A stretch of 35,498 bases of DNA from positions 1-35,498 of the forward strand of contig LCPA01000002.1 in the NCBI GenBank assembly GCA_001003385.1, written 5' to 3'. Source of the DNA: Microgenomates group bacterium GW2011_GWF2_47_9. Lineage in GTDB: Bacteria > Patescibacteriota > Microgenomatia > UBA1400 > UBA12108. Each line of letters opens with the position of its first letter. Positions within the stretch are counted from its first letter, which is position 1. Made by a program: the position numbers and the translations under genes. This document shows positions 7,938 through 17,736 of the stretch, one piece after another. The notes beneath the pieces are model-generated. The model saw only the letters and a program-made list of their open reading frames with translations. It made no database searches and was not told where the DNA came from.

Positions 7938-9404
7938 TTAATTTGCGAGTGAGTACTTCGCCATTACCTGTTTAACACCCTCTTCGAGCGTTCGCTCGAC
8001 AGAGCCGAGTCCGGAGCCATCATTCATGGCGTTTATCGTGTCTTCGTAGTACTTGATAATTTCGTCGTTTACGCCTTCGTCGTATGTGCGGGAAGACAAG
8101 TACCAAGAGACGTAGGAAGATCCCTGGCTAACAAAAGGGGCCACCAGCGGATCTGACTCTAGGGAACTGGCTAAGGAGCGAAGCGGATATGGTTCACCAA
8201 TTGGCCTAATCTGGGCGGCGGTTGTATAAAGTTTTTGGAGGACTTCGGGACGGCTCAGATATTGCAAGAATTCCCAGGCGGCGGTTGGGTTTTTGCTCCC
8301 TGAAGGGACGGCTTCTGCCCAGTAAGTAGCCCAAGCTTTATTGACGTTGGGGAGCACGGGGGCAGGGGCGACCCCGTAGTTTAAGGAGGGGTTGATCGCG
8401 GTAATCTCGGGGATTACCCAGGAAGGAGCAATGATCATGGCTGTCGTACCAGTTGCAAAGGCATAAACGGAGCTTGGCTGAGTACTATCCCAAGATTTGT
8501 CGGATAGCGAAAAAATAGTGTAGTAGGTGAGAGCGTCTCTAACGGCAGTCTCGGAGGGGTTACCGGGATCGCCAGAGTTTTGCAGAATTAACAAACCAAG
8601 AATATCTGACCAGAAATCGACGTTATTAGCAGTTCCAAGAGCTACTCCTGCTCTTTCAATAATTTTGGTCTCTGGATTCCTCTTGGTTAGATCAAAGGCA
8701 AGTTTGCGGAGAGTGTCCCAATCCGAAGGAGGAGTGGCGCCAGCTTCATTTAGGATGTCTTTGTTGTAGTACAGGGCAAGGCCGTCGATTTCTAGGGGAG
8801 CGGCGTAAAGATTGCCACCCTCCACAAAATCTGCTTGAACGACGGGATAATAATCGGAAAGGTCTAAAGCGACCGAGGCTGGTTTAGGAGAAAGGTGTTT
8901 TTTGAGCATGGGGAGCCAGGTGTTGTGAATTCTGGCGATGTCTGGCCCTGTACCACTCTCGATTGACGAGACTAGTCTAGAGCGGTAGTTTTTGGGAGAT
9001 TGCTGGGAATAGTTGATTTTGACGTTGGGATGGTCCCTCTCATAGTCAGCGATGACAGTTTGCATAACGCTTGCCGGCTCCCATAAACCCCAATAGGTCA
9101 AGGTGATAAGTGAATCTGGTTTGGAGCGCAGGCGGGGGAGGAGCGTGAAGGCGAGAAAGCCCAAGACAATAAAGACGCCCACGCCAAGGATAATGGGGAG
9201 GAGATTCCTAAATGGAGAGGGAGAAATGGGGAGGGGAGTGGGAGTTGCGGGGGGTGGTGGGGGAGCGGCGACTGGTGGTTCGGCCGATACAGGAGGCTGT
9301 TCAATAGTCTCTGCGGGGGGATTAGGCTCCTGGCGGGAGGTGGAAATAGCAGAGCTTAGGGGAGTTGCGGTATATTGTTTGGTGGGATCGGGGAATTTGG
9401 CCAT
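7938..9404 (-). CDS. Membrane-anchored extracellular solute-binding protein (ABC family-1 type) with a proline-rich N-terminal linker
   Basis: Pro-rich stretch, one TM helix (LLPIILGVGVFIVLGFLAFTLL), then a typical SBP core (LTYWGLWEP...DYERDHPNVKINY...GTGPDIARIHNTW). The start is uncertain: ATG at 9404 (488 aa) or GTG at 9428 (track). No permease or ATPase genes are adjacent. Confidence 0.7.
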   Translation of the reverse strand: MAKFPDPTKQYTATPLSSAISTSRQEPNPPAETIEQPPVSAEPPVAAPPPPPATPTPLPISPSPFRNLLPIILGVGVFIVLGFLAFTLLPRLRSKPDSLITLTYWGLWEPASVMQTVIADYERDHPNVKINYSQQSPKNYRSRLVSSIESGTGPDIARIHNTWLPMLKKHLSPKPASVALDLSDYYPVVQADFVEGGNLYAAPLEIDGLALYYNKDILNEAGATPPSDWDTLRKLAFDLTKRNPETKIIERAGVALGTANNVDFWSDILGLLILQNSGDPGNPSETAVRDALTYYTIFSLSDKSWDSTQPSSVYAFATGTTAMIIAPSWVIPEITAINPSLNYGVAPAPVLPNVNKAWATYWAEAVPSGSKNPTAAWEFLQYLSRPEVLQKLYTTAAQIRPIGEPYPLRSLASSLESDPLVAPFVSQGSSYVSWYLSSRTYDEGVNDEIIKYYEDTINAMNDGSGLGSVERTLEEGVKQVMAKYSLAN

Positions 9405-9462
9405 AAGTATAAATATGATTTTATACACCCATCTTACAAGAAGTTCTATATGATGGATAGAG

Positions 9463-11217
9463 ATGAATAAAACAAAGCTGACAGTAAGGCGACAATTTCG
9501 CGAGGTGGGACATTTCTTGCTCGGGACGGGAGTGGGGATCTTGCTACTTATTGTCTGTTTTCGATGGGTGACAAGAAATGAGGCATTACCTGGGGTTTCC
9601 GTGGCAAGCTTTGACGTATCGCTTGAGGATAGTCAAGCGATTGAAAATAAGTTAAACGAGAAAACAAGAGAATTTTTGCTGACAGCAAGTTATGGGGAAA
9701 GTCAATTTACAATCCCCACCGAAATGTTTATTTGGAACACAAAAGCGGCCGCTTTAGAGGCGGTGGCGGTTGGAAAAAAAGTCGATTTAGATGTTTATCT
9801 AAACCTGATTGCGGGGCGAGTCAATCTTTTGATTCCAGTCGAAATTGAAGGGAGCCGATATCAGGATTTTGCGATGGAAGTTAATTCTTATATTACGATA
9901 GCGCCCCTGCCCGCCAAAGTTTTGCGAAAAAATGGAAAGAACGCGATTGTGAATGGTGATGACGGAGTTGTTTTTGATCAGGAAGGGTTAAGAGAAAAGT
10001 TAATTGAGCGGGCACAGGGACTGAGGGGCGAGGGCCTGGAAATTCCAACTTTGCAGGTGAAGGGTAGACTGAGCGCAAGTCAGGAGGCGGAATTACTGGC
10101 AATTGCAGATGGCTTTGAGGGTAAAACGTTAATCCTGAAGATTGATGAGGCGACCGTACGACTGAGCCAAGAAGAACTAATCAGCTTTTTGAGCGTAAAG
10201 CCTGAAATGGTGGGCCAGCTTGAAGAGGAAACTATTAATAACTATGTAACCGGGCTTTCGGAGAGGTTCAACCGAGTACCTCAAAACGCAAAGCTCGTGT
10301 TTAGAGATGGGAAAGTAGAGGAATTTGCGCCGGGCCGAGAGGGAATAGAGGTGCGTCAAGCAGAAACTAGTTTGAAGATCGGGGAGGCGATTTCCCAGCT
10401 TATGACAGGAGAAAGCCAAAAAGAGGTGACAATTGAGATAAATAGACGAGCACCAAAAATTGGAACTGGCGAAGTGAATGACCTAGGAATAAGAGAAAAA
10501 ATCGGCCACGGAGAGAGTTATTATGCTCACTCAATCGCAAACCGAATATACAACGTGGCTCTGGCGGCTGAGAGAGTAGACGGGGCACTCATTCCCCCGG
10601 GAGAAGAGTTTTCTTTTAACGAGACGGTTGGGGAGATCTCGGCTGAAACGGGATATAAGACGGCATATGTAATTTCGGGGGGACGGACAATCCTGGGAGA
10701 TGGGGGTGGGGTGTGTCAGGTGTCAACTACTCTCTTTAGAGCAGTTCTTGACGGGGGACTGCCTGTGACTGAGAGATGGGCACATGCTTACCGAGTTGGG
10801 TATTATGAGCAAAACGCAAAACCAGGACTGGACGCAACTGTGTATAGTCCCAGCAAAGATTTTAAATTTAAGAACGATACCCCGGGTCATATTTTGATCC
10901 AGGCAATAAATGATCCCAAGGCGCAGAAGTTGATTTTTGATTTTTATGGAACAAAGGACGCGAGAACAGTAAAAATATCAGACCCCCGATTGTGGGGGGT
11001 AACCCCTCCCCCACCAGATTTATACCAGGATGATCCTACTCTATCGGCTGGGACAGTTAAACAAGTGGACTGGGCGGCATGGGGAGGAAAGGCGGCATTT
11101 GAGTATATGGTCGAACGTGACGGGGAGACTTTGTTCACTAAGACTTTTACTTCAAATTATCAGCCTTGGCAGAATGTGTTTTTGAGGGGAGTCGAACAAG
11201 TAGAGCAAGCACTGTAG
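9463..11217 (+). CDS. VanW-family protein with N-terminal membrane anchor, 584 aa
   Basis: The C-terminal block GGGVCQVSTTLFRAVLDGGLPVTERWAHAYRVGYY is the characteristic VanW core. There is an N-terminal TM helix. Confidence 0.8.
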   Translation: MNKTKLTVRRQFREVGHFLLGTGVGILLLIVCFRWVTRNEALPGVSVASFDVSLEDSQAIENKLNEKTREFLLTASYGESQFTIPTEMFIWNTKAAALEAVAVGKKVDLDVYLNLIAGRVNLLIPVEIEGSRYQDFAMEVNSYITIAPLPAKVLRKNGKNAIVNGDDGVVFDQEGLREKLIERAQGLRGEGLEIPTLQVKGRLSASQEAELLAIADGFEGKTLILKIDEATVRLSQEELISFLSVKPEMVGQLEEETINNYVTGLSERFNRVPQNAKLVFRDGKVEEFAPGREGIEVRQAETSLKIGEAISQLMTGESQKEVTIEINRRAPKIGTGEVNDLGIREKIGHGESYYAHSIANRIYNVALAAERVDGALIPPGEEFSFNETVGEISAETGYKTAYVISGGRTILGDGGGVCQVSTTLFRAVLDGGLPVTERWAHAYRVGYYEQNAKPGLDATVYSPSKDFKFKNDTPGHILIQAINDPKAQKLIFDFYGTKDARTVKISDPRLWGVTPPPPDLYQDDPTLSAGTVKQVDWAAWGGKAAFEYMVERDGETLFTKTFTSNYQPWQNVFLRGVEQVEQAL

Positions 11218-11223
11218 TAAAAT
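11218..11223 (+). promoter_or_regulatory. -10-like box TAAAAT, 6 nt upstream of the valS ATG (candidate leaderless start)
   Basis: TAAAAT-gtcctc-ATG, abutting the VanW TAG stop (11215-11217). No Shine-Dalgarno sequence. Confidence 0.4.
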
Positions 11224-11229
11224 GTCCTC

Positions 11230-13467
11230 ATGATCGAGCCTAAATTTGACCACAAGAAAGTAGAAAAAGATATCTATCAAATGTGGGAGAAAGGGAAGTA
11301 TTTCTCCCCTACCCTAGACCCGAGTAAAAAGCCGTTCACGATCGTACTCCCTCCCCCAAACGCGAGCGGGAAGATGCATATCGGTAATGTGCTTATGATC
11401 GCGATTGAGGACCTGATGATTCGTCATGCGAGGATGCAGGGTCGCCCTGCCCTTTGGGTGCCGGGGACGGATCACGCGGGGTTCGAGACGCAGATTACAT
11501 ATGAACGAGAGCTGAAGAAACAAGGAAAATCGAGGTTTGATTTTGATAGACAAACTCTCTACAACAAAATTTGGGATTTCGTACAAGAAAATAAAGGTTT
11601 GATTGAGAACCAAATAAAGGCAATGGGAGCTGGGGTCGACTGGGAAAGATATACCTTTACCTTGGATAAAAAAGTGATCGAGACGGTTTATGACACATTT
11701 ACTAAAATGTATGAAGAAGGATTGATTTACCGCGATAACTACATGGTCAACTACTGTCCCAAGTGCGGAACCACTTTCGCAGACCTAGAAATCCTCCACG
11801 AGGATCGGATCGGAAAGTTATATTTTGTGAAATACCAGGGTAGAGTTGGAGCTGAAGACATAACAGTCGCAACGACGAGGCCGGAGACAATCATGCTCGA
11901 TACTCATATCGCCGTAAACCCAACGGACAAAAAGCGAGCCAGGTGGGTTGGCAAAAAAGTGATTAACCCCCTCACCGGCCAAGAAATGGAAATAATCGCT
12001 GACGATTTTGTCGATCCTAAGTTTGGGAGTGGATTTGTAAAGCTTACGCCGGCACATGATAAAAATGATTACGAGGTGGGGAAAAAGCACGACCTCCCCT
12101 TCGTGATTGGAATTGGAATGGACGGCAAGATGACTGGGGCGGCCGGGAAGTACGCCGGAAAAAGTGTTTTTACAGCAAGAAAAGAAGTGGTCGAGGAGTT
12201 GATGCAGAGCAACAAAATTGAGAAGGTAGACGAGAAATATGCCCAGGCGATTACAGTATGTTACAAGGGTAGCCATGAGATTGAGCCAATGATTTTGCCA
12301 AATTGGTTTGTCGCTGTTTCGAGCCTGAAAGAGCCGGCTTTAAGGGCAGTTACAGAGGGTAAGGTAAAAATTTACCCTAAGTGGAGAGAGAAAACCTATA
12401 CCAAATGGATGGAGGAAATGCGGGATTGGCCGATCAGCCGGCAAGTGGTGTGGGGGATCAGAATCCCGGTGTGGTACCAAGTTGACCAAAACCCCAGCTT
12501 GCAAATATCCTTCCTAAACAAGAAAAAAGTGACGGTTGCCGGGAAAGTTGGTGAACTATTGAGCGAGTATTCGTTTGAGGAAATAAGAGACGGCTTGCAG
12601 ACCCTGATCGCACCCAAAGGAACTAAGGCGATCGTGGGTCGAGAGGCACCCGACGCGCGGTACCTTCAGGAAACGGATACCTTTGATACATGGTTTTCTA
12701 GTGGACATTGGCCACTTGTGACCCTGGGATACCCCGATAGCAAAGACTTTTCGTATTTCTACCCTACTTCCGTACTCGAAACGGGTTGGGAAATTATTCG
12801 TTTTTGGGTTTCGCGAATGATTATGCTCGGGATCTACTTAACAGGAAAACCCCCTTTTGAGACGGTATATCTACATGGACTCGTGAGGGCGCTTGATGGA
12901 CGCAAGATGAGTAAGAGCTTGGGAAACGTGATAAACCCAGAGGAGTACATGGAGAAATATGGAGTTGATGCCCTAAGAATGGGGCTCATTTCAGGGACAG
13001 CGAATGGGAAGGATTTCGCCTTTCCACGTGACAAGATTATTGGGTATAGGAATTTCGGCAATAAGTTATGGAATATGGCGCGATTCTATTTGATGACTAG
13101 CGAGTCGTTGGGGATTGAGGAGGAGGCAGTAGTCGACCTTACCCTATTGCAAAAAGAAGATGAACAAATATTAAAAAGGTTGAAGGCAGTCAGAAAGAGC
13201 GTGGAAGAAGCGATTGGCAAGTTCAGGTTTGCCGAGGCAGGAGAGCTAATATACCACTTTATGTGGGACGAGCTTGGTAACGGGTATTTAGAAAACGAGA
13301 AAAAGCGCGAGGAGATGAGGGGGGGAATGGTGGTTTTTAGAGAGGTATTTCTAGCAGGAATTAAACTCCTACATCCTTTTATGCCCTACGTTACTGAGGC
13401 AATCTGGCAAAACATCCCAAAAACCGAGAAGGCCGCGCTTATCGCGAGCAAGTGGAGTGATCTGTGA
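11230..13467 (+). CDS. valS: Valyl-tRNA synthetase, short form (745 aa)
   Basis: Class I signatures PPPNASGKMHIGNV (HIGH) and KMSKSLGN (KMSKS). Editing-domain motif TTRPET and DTWFSSGHWP. The protein ends right after the anticodon-binding helix bundle (LHPFMPYVTEAIWQ). Confidence 0.9.
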   Translation: MIEPKFDHKKVEKDIYQMWEKGKYFSPTLDPSKKPFTIVLPPPNASGKMHIGNVLMIAIEDLMIRHARMQGRPALWVPGTDHAGFETQITYERELKKQGKSRFDFDRQTLYNKIWDFVQENKGLIENQIKAMGAGVDWERYTFTLDKKVIETVYDTFTKMYEEGLIYRDNYMVNYCPKCGTTFADLEILHEDRIGKLYFVKYQGRVGAEDITVATTRPETIMLDTHIAVNPTDKKRARWVGKKVINPLTGQEMEIIADDFVDPKFGSGFVKLTPAHDKNDYEVGKKHDLPFVIGIGMDGKMTGAAGKYAGKSVFTARKEVVEELMQSNKIEKVDEKYAQAITVCYKGSHEIEPMILPNWFVAVSSLKEPALRAVTEGKVKIYPKWREKTYTKWMEEMRDWPISRQVVWGIRIPVWYQVDQNPSLQISFLNKKKVTVAGKVGELLSEYSFEEIRDGLQTLIAPKGTKAIVGREAPDARYLQETDTFDTWFSSGHWPLVTLGYPDSKDFSYFYPTSVLETGWEIIRFWVSRMIMLGIYLTGKPPFETVYLHGLVRALDGRKMSKSLGNVINPEEYMEKYGVDALRMGLISGTANGKDFAFPRDKIIGYRNFGNKLWNMARFYLMTSESLGIEEEAVVDLTLLQKEDEQILKRLKAVRKSVEEAIGKFRFAEAGELIYHFMWDELGNGYLENEKKREEMRGGMVVFREVFLAGIKLLHPFMPYVTEAIWQNIPKTEKAALIASKWSDL

Positions 13468-13925
13468 ATGAGAAGTTTGGCCAGGATTTAGCCCGGTACT
13501 TAAACCTGAGAACTGCGAGGTTACGCCTAAGGACTTTTTTTTTAAGTAGTTTACTAGTCATGGGAGCGATATTAATATCGATTTGGCAAGGCTACTTCAA
13601 CTCCCCTACTCTTGCGGGACTAAGAAACGAAAAGATGATTGCGGGAGTGGCTGAGACTGGCGACTATGAGTTGGCCGCGAAGCTCTACGAAATGAGCTGG
13701 GGAGAAGAGCGCGTACTGGGGACTAACTCACGGCTTGAAGAGTTGGTTTATCCAAGTTTGAAGGTAGAACGGGCGATTGCCTTTCGTTTAGAATTTCTTA
13801 ACAAGTACCCAAATGACGTAGAAACAATTCTTGGGCTATCCAAACTATATGGGCAATTGGGGAATAGCGAGATGGCTTTGCAATACAAAGAAATAGGTCG
13901 ACAGCTCTCCCCTGACAAAAACTAA
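13464..13925 (+). CDS. Small membrane-anchored TPR-like protein, 153 aa
   Basis: One TM helix (FFLSSLLVMGAILISIW) followed by helical repeats (LGLSKLYGQLGNSEMALQYKEIG). The GTG start overlaps the valS TGA (GTGA). The start is uncertain. Confidence 0.45.
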   Translation: MNEKFGQDLARYLNLRTARLRLRTFFLSSLLVMGAILISIWQGYFNSPTLAGLRNEKMIAGVAETGDYELAAKLYEMSWGEERVLGTNSRLEELVYPSLKVERAIAFRLEFLNKYPNDVETILGLSKLYGQLGNSEMALQYKEIGRQLSPDKN

Positions 13926-13929
13926 GAAT

Positions 13930-14598
13930 CTATTTGTCTTCCCCGGCTGGCTCTCCTGCAGACTCTTTTTCGGGTGTGGCTTCTTCGGCCGGTTTGTCAG
14001 TATCTGGCGATTCCTCCTCTACGACTGGCTCTGGCTCTTCAGCGGGTTCCTGAACTGCGGCAATGGTTTCTTCTTCGCCGGTCAAAAGTTCGATCTTGGT
14101 GCGGTCAAACTTGAGATCTTTGGCAAGGAAGGAATTGCCGACTTCTTTGAGTAAAGTGGCGTCGAGTTCGATCGATTCCGGGAGGTCGGCGGGGAGGGCT
14201 TGGACTTCGACTTCGTTATGCATAACTACAAGGATTTTGCCAAGAGCGATAGCCGGGGACTCTCCGACTACTTTGATGGGAACGGAGGCGGTTGTCTTTT
14301 GTTTGAGATCGACTTCATGTAGATCTACGTGAAGTAGGATTCCAGTTACAGGATCAACGTGATAGCCGGCGATTAAGACTGGGTGAGCTTTGGTTTCGCC
14401 CTCGATACGAAGATTGACTAGAGAGGTCTCTCCAGCAGAATTTACTATTTTGGTCAGCTGTTTGGCGTCGAACTGAAGAGCTTGGCTTTTGGTCTTGGGT
14501 CCAAAGACGTTGCCAGGAATGATACCCGACCTTCGAAGTGCTTTAACTTTGCGACCAAAAATTTTGCGTGGATCTGCTTTCAGCTCGTATGTCGACAT
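13930..14598 (-). CDS. rplY: Ribosomal protein L25 / Ctc family, 222 aa, acidic C-terminal tail
   Basis: N-terminal KADPRKIFGRKVKALRRSGIIPGNVFG is typical of L25/Ctc. Strong Shine-Dalgarno GAGGAGGAG at 14602-14610. Confidence 0.85.
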   Translation of the reverse strand: MSTYELKADPRKIFGRKVKALRRSGIIPGNVFGPKTKSQALQFDAKQLTKIVNSAGETSLVNLRIEGETKAHPVLIAGYHVDPVTGILLHVDLHEVDLKQKTTASVPIKVVGESPAIALGKILVVMHNEVEVQALPADLPESIELDATLLKEVGNSFLAKDLKFDRTKIELLTGEEETIAAVQEPAEEPEPVVEEESPDTDKPAEEATPEKESAGEPAGEDK

Positions 14599-14631
14599 AA
14601 ACTCCTCCTCAATTTAAGTGTGACTAGCAAG

Positions 14632-14640
14632 ATTATACCA
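14632..14640 (-). promoter_or_regulatory. Extended -10 promoter TGgTATAAT of rplY (leadered, about 25-30 nt 5' UTR)
   Basis: The minus strand reads TGGTATAAT, then a leader containing GAGGAGGAG, then the ATG at 14598. It serves as an internal reference for the promoter consensus of this organism. Confidence 0.65.
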
Positions 14641-14653
14641 GACAGTATGTAAG

Positions 14654-17479
14654 TTAGCGAAATTTGATTGTAATGCGGCGGTCGGTGATGTTTGCGAGGT
14701 TGAATTTTAGTTGCTGAGGGCTAACTGATGCCTTGGGAGAGATTAACTCTGGCTCTAGGAAAAGCGGGATGTTGAGAGTTATGTCCAATGGGTCGGCAGA
14801 TGTCCCTGGCTGTTTCTGCCAATAGAGCGAGTAAGTTGGCGAGTTACTAGGCAAGGGGGAGGTCAGTTCGTAGTTAACTTCGGTTGTAACTGTAGAGTTG
14901 ATGGGAACCTCAACTAAAAAGCCTACTACAAGACGATCGTGCTCGGAGGTAAGAGCAATCTCTGTTTCGTCAACGGGATTGCCGTTAATTTTAAGACCGC
15001 GGAAGATAGTGCCTGGCGGGAGGTAGAGACGAGAGTAGTTTTTGTAGGCGCCGGCAGGCCAAGCGGCGGAGGTCGAGGTATTGAAGTAGGTCGTAAAGAG
15101 AGAGTGTTTGATCAACCTTTTGGCGTCGATGTCGATATTGAGAGAAATCTTTCGCTTGAGAAAAAAGTTGGATTTATTGATTCCTAAATTGGAGTCTACT
15201 AACATAGCATAATCAGAAAGACAGTCCCCCTGCCCAATTGCAGGGCATGGAAGTGTGCGAATTTCGCCATTCCAGCCGAGTGAGGAAAGGACACGGTCGG
15301 TTTTCGAGGTGTTTGAGGCTATTGTGAGATTTTTTTCATCAATTGACTTACTGAGAGCCTTGGCCAGATCGAGGGCAGAACGACCGCTAAGGGTGCGAAG
15401 ACTTTCAACTAAAGAATCGGCGATATTACCTAAAAATTCTTTTTTTTGAGTACTGCCGGGGAAAAAATTGATTTCGGCGTGATACTCGGCGCGCTCAAAA
15501 ATATTTTCTGCGCTCACTTCTTCGTTGTAATCAGCTAGTCGAACTGGCCCCATAGCTTTAAGAATATCTTTCAGGGTATCGAGATTGATCCCAATTGTTC
15601 CATGAACATCCTGAGAGAGAGATTTTTTGAGGAACCACTCGGCGCGACGAGCGGAGGTTGGGAAATCGGGATCCCAGTTGGAATCGCGAAGGTACCAGTT
15701 GGCTTCGCCAAGAACGTTTTTGATTACTCTAGGAGGTTCGACGTGACCTTTGAGCTGGCCATCGACATCATAAACATCATAAATTGGCATATCGTATAGC
15801 TTGCCATTTTCAAAGCTTAAGAGAGAGAGCGAGCCAATGAATCCGCCTGTCGGGCGAAGCTCCATGTTGTTTTGGAATAGGACGATATATTTTCTACGGG
15901 ACCCCAAACCAATGAGGTCTGGAAGAACGGTGAGGAGAGTTTTGGCGGTGAGAGAACCTCTTTTGACATCTGCGAGAGTCGATTTGAGCGAAAGGTAATC
16001 ATCTTCGTAGCTTGTGGGAATGATGGAGGGAGGAAGAGTGGGTAGAGAACCATCGAGCAGGGCAATGTCCTGATATAGTTTAGCGTTTTGCAGTTTAATG
16101 TCTTCGATCAAAGCGGCGATATCCCCTTCCCCGTCACTTAGAACATAGGAAACAACTTCTTTTCCGGATGAGGACAAAACAGAAAGCGTCGATAGCGAGT
16201 TTAGAGCAAGTTTGTAGGCGGAAAAGAGTGAGTCTAGCTCGACTAGCGACTGATTTTTGTTGAGACCAGGGAGAGAGGTAATCGCAGTCAAGTTCGCTTG
16301 CATGAAATCTGCGGCAAATTGGGTGATTTTTAGGGACTGGGGAGGAATTTCGCGGCCGGTATCAGCCGAGTTCACGAGATTTTTAGTCGAGAGAATGAGA
16401 ATTGTAGCGAAGGTTGCGAAAGAGAAAAGATAAAGCAGAAAAGCAATCCCGATGCCCCGACCAAAAATTCGCGCGAGAGGGTGAGAAAGTTTTTTTCGTA
16501 ATTTTGGAGCTAGCACGAGATGGGGACGAGCGAAGCGGAAGGGTTTTCGGGGGGATCTCTGAGGAACAAACTCGAGTTCGGGAGAGGAGATAGATTTGGC
16601 TATATCGGTAAGACTGCGAAGATGATGTCGGGGGCTTTTAGTTGATATCTCAGAAACAGTTTGAGGTTTAACGGTAGCTAGAGTTTCTGCCTCGGCAACA
16701 ACCTTGGGGCTAGCGGGGACTATGCGGGCTGACTCTAAGTGATTAGTAAGAATTAGCTCGAGGTTTTCTTGAGGCTCCCAACCGATCATGGACTGCGACT
16801 TGAGACCGTCAGAGTTTTGTGGCAAATAGTCGTTCCAGGCAAGACTTTCGTTAAAAACGATGTCTATCTTGAAGGGTAAATGCGAGCGGATTTTGTAGGC
16901 AAGACTCAAGAGTGAAATTGGGGAGGGGTTGTATAGATAAATCTCTTTGGGAGGGGGCGAGGTGTGGACAAGCTTGACAATTCCCTCGCAAAGATCGGCA
17001 AGAGCGAGAAGATGATACTCGCTAAGACCGTCGCCAGGAAGCTCGAGTTCTTGACGGGTTAAGGCGCTTTTAATAAATTTTTTTACTATGCCCTCCCCCA
17101 CCCCATTATCACCAAGGTAGTCGCCGTAGAGACAGAGCGAGTCGTAGGGCTCGTAGTTTTCCAGACGGGACTTGTTGCTAATGTGGGAGCAAAAAATTAT
17201 TTTGGCTTTCCCGACTAGGCCGGCTAGGGCGGATTGAAGCTCGGAAGGCTTGTGTTGCCCGCGCAAAAAATCATCGCTAAAAAATCCTAGAACATAATCG
17301 TAGTCCACACTAATGGACGGCCGGTTTGGAGCAAGAAAATCTGTGAGTAGGTGTTGCTCTACTTCAAGACCTAAAGCGGTCAACTTGGATGTAACGCAAT
17401 CCGTGAGTGGAGAGTCGGCGCTAAGAACAAGGACTCTCGATGGCAAAGTTTCGACTGAAACATAGGGCAGGGTTTGCAT
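14654..17479 (-). CDS. DUF4012-domain envelope protein with an N-terminal degenerate Rossmann/epimerase-like domain, 941 aa
   Basis: The central TM helix and the motif FQNNMELRPTGGFIGS are characteristic of DUF4012. The N-terminal ~250 aa resemble an NAD-dependent epimerase fold but lack a GxxGxxG motif (VLVLSADSPLT). Confidence 0.7.
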   Translation of the reverse strand: MQTLPYVSVETLPSRVLVLSADSPLTDCVTSKLTALGLEVEQHLLTDFLAPNRPSISVDYDYVLGFFSDDFLRGQHKPSELQSALAGLVGKAKIIFCSHISNKSRLENYEPYDSLCLYGDYLGDNGVGEGIVKKFIKSALTRQELELPGDGLSEYHLLALADLCEGIVKLVHTSPPPKEIYLYNPSPISLLSLAYKIRSHLPFKIDIVFNESLAWNDYLPQNSDGLKSQSMIGWEPQENLELILTNHLESARIVPASPKVVAEAETLATVKPQTVSEISTKSPRHHLRSLTDIAKSISSPELEFVPQRSPRKPFRFARPHLVLAPKLRKKLSHPLARIFGRGIGIAFLLYLFSFATFATILILSTKNLVNSADTGREIPPQSLKITQFAADFMQANLTAITSLPGLNKNQSLVELDSLFSAYKLALNSLSTLSVLSSSGKEVVSYVLSDGEGDIAALIEDIKLQNAKLYQDIALLDGSLPTLPPSIIPTSYEDDYLSLKSTLADVKRGSLTAKTLLTVLPDLIGLGSRRKYIVLFQNNMELRPTGGFIGSLSLLSFENGKLYDMPIYDVYDVDGQLKGHVEPPRVIKNVLGEANWYLRDSNWDPDFPTSARRAEWFLKKSLSQDVHGTIGINLDTLKDILKAMGPVRLADYNEEVSAENIFERAEYHAEINFFPGSTQKKEFLGNIADSLVESLRTLSGRSALDLAKALSKSIDEKNLTIASNTSKTDRVLSSLGWNGEIRTLPCPAIGQGDCLSDYAMLVDSNLGINKSNFFLKRKISLNIDIDAKRLIKHSLFTTYFNTSTSAAWPAGAYKNYSRLYLPPGTIFRGLKINGNPVDETEIALTSEHDRLVVGFLVEVPINSTVTTEVNYELTSPLPSNSPTYSLYWQKQPGTSADPLDITLNIPLFLEPELISPKASVSPQQLKFNLANITDRRITIKFR

Positions 17480-17736
17480 GTGTCTATTTAACCTTAGTCA
17501 ACCCAAGAGCGCAAATTGATTTAATTGTACATTTATTACCCTATAACGAAATGTGCCTATTTTATATTATTCGTTCTTACTTTATTTTTTCGTTCTTTGT
17601 CCTGGCTTTTTATGCTTCTTTATCCCCTATTCTTCGTTATTACTTTTTTTTCATATTCTCTTAGGTCTTAAAATAACCTTTTCCAACAAAAATTTTGCCT
17701 GAAAGTTTACTAACCTATAACAAGAAAAGAGTCTAG

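Noticed and set aside
17440-17664. A + strand 74-aa ORF spanning the T-rich intergenic region, which might be read as a small hydrophobic protein
   Set aside because: It starts antisense inside the DUF4012 gene. Its hydrophobicity is a direct consequence of the T-rich composition (F/Y/I/L codons). There is no Shine-Dalgarno sequence or correctly spaced -10 box before either possible ATG.
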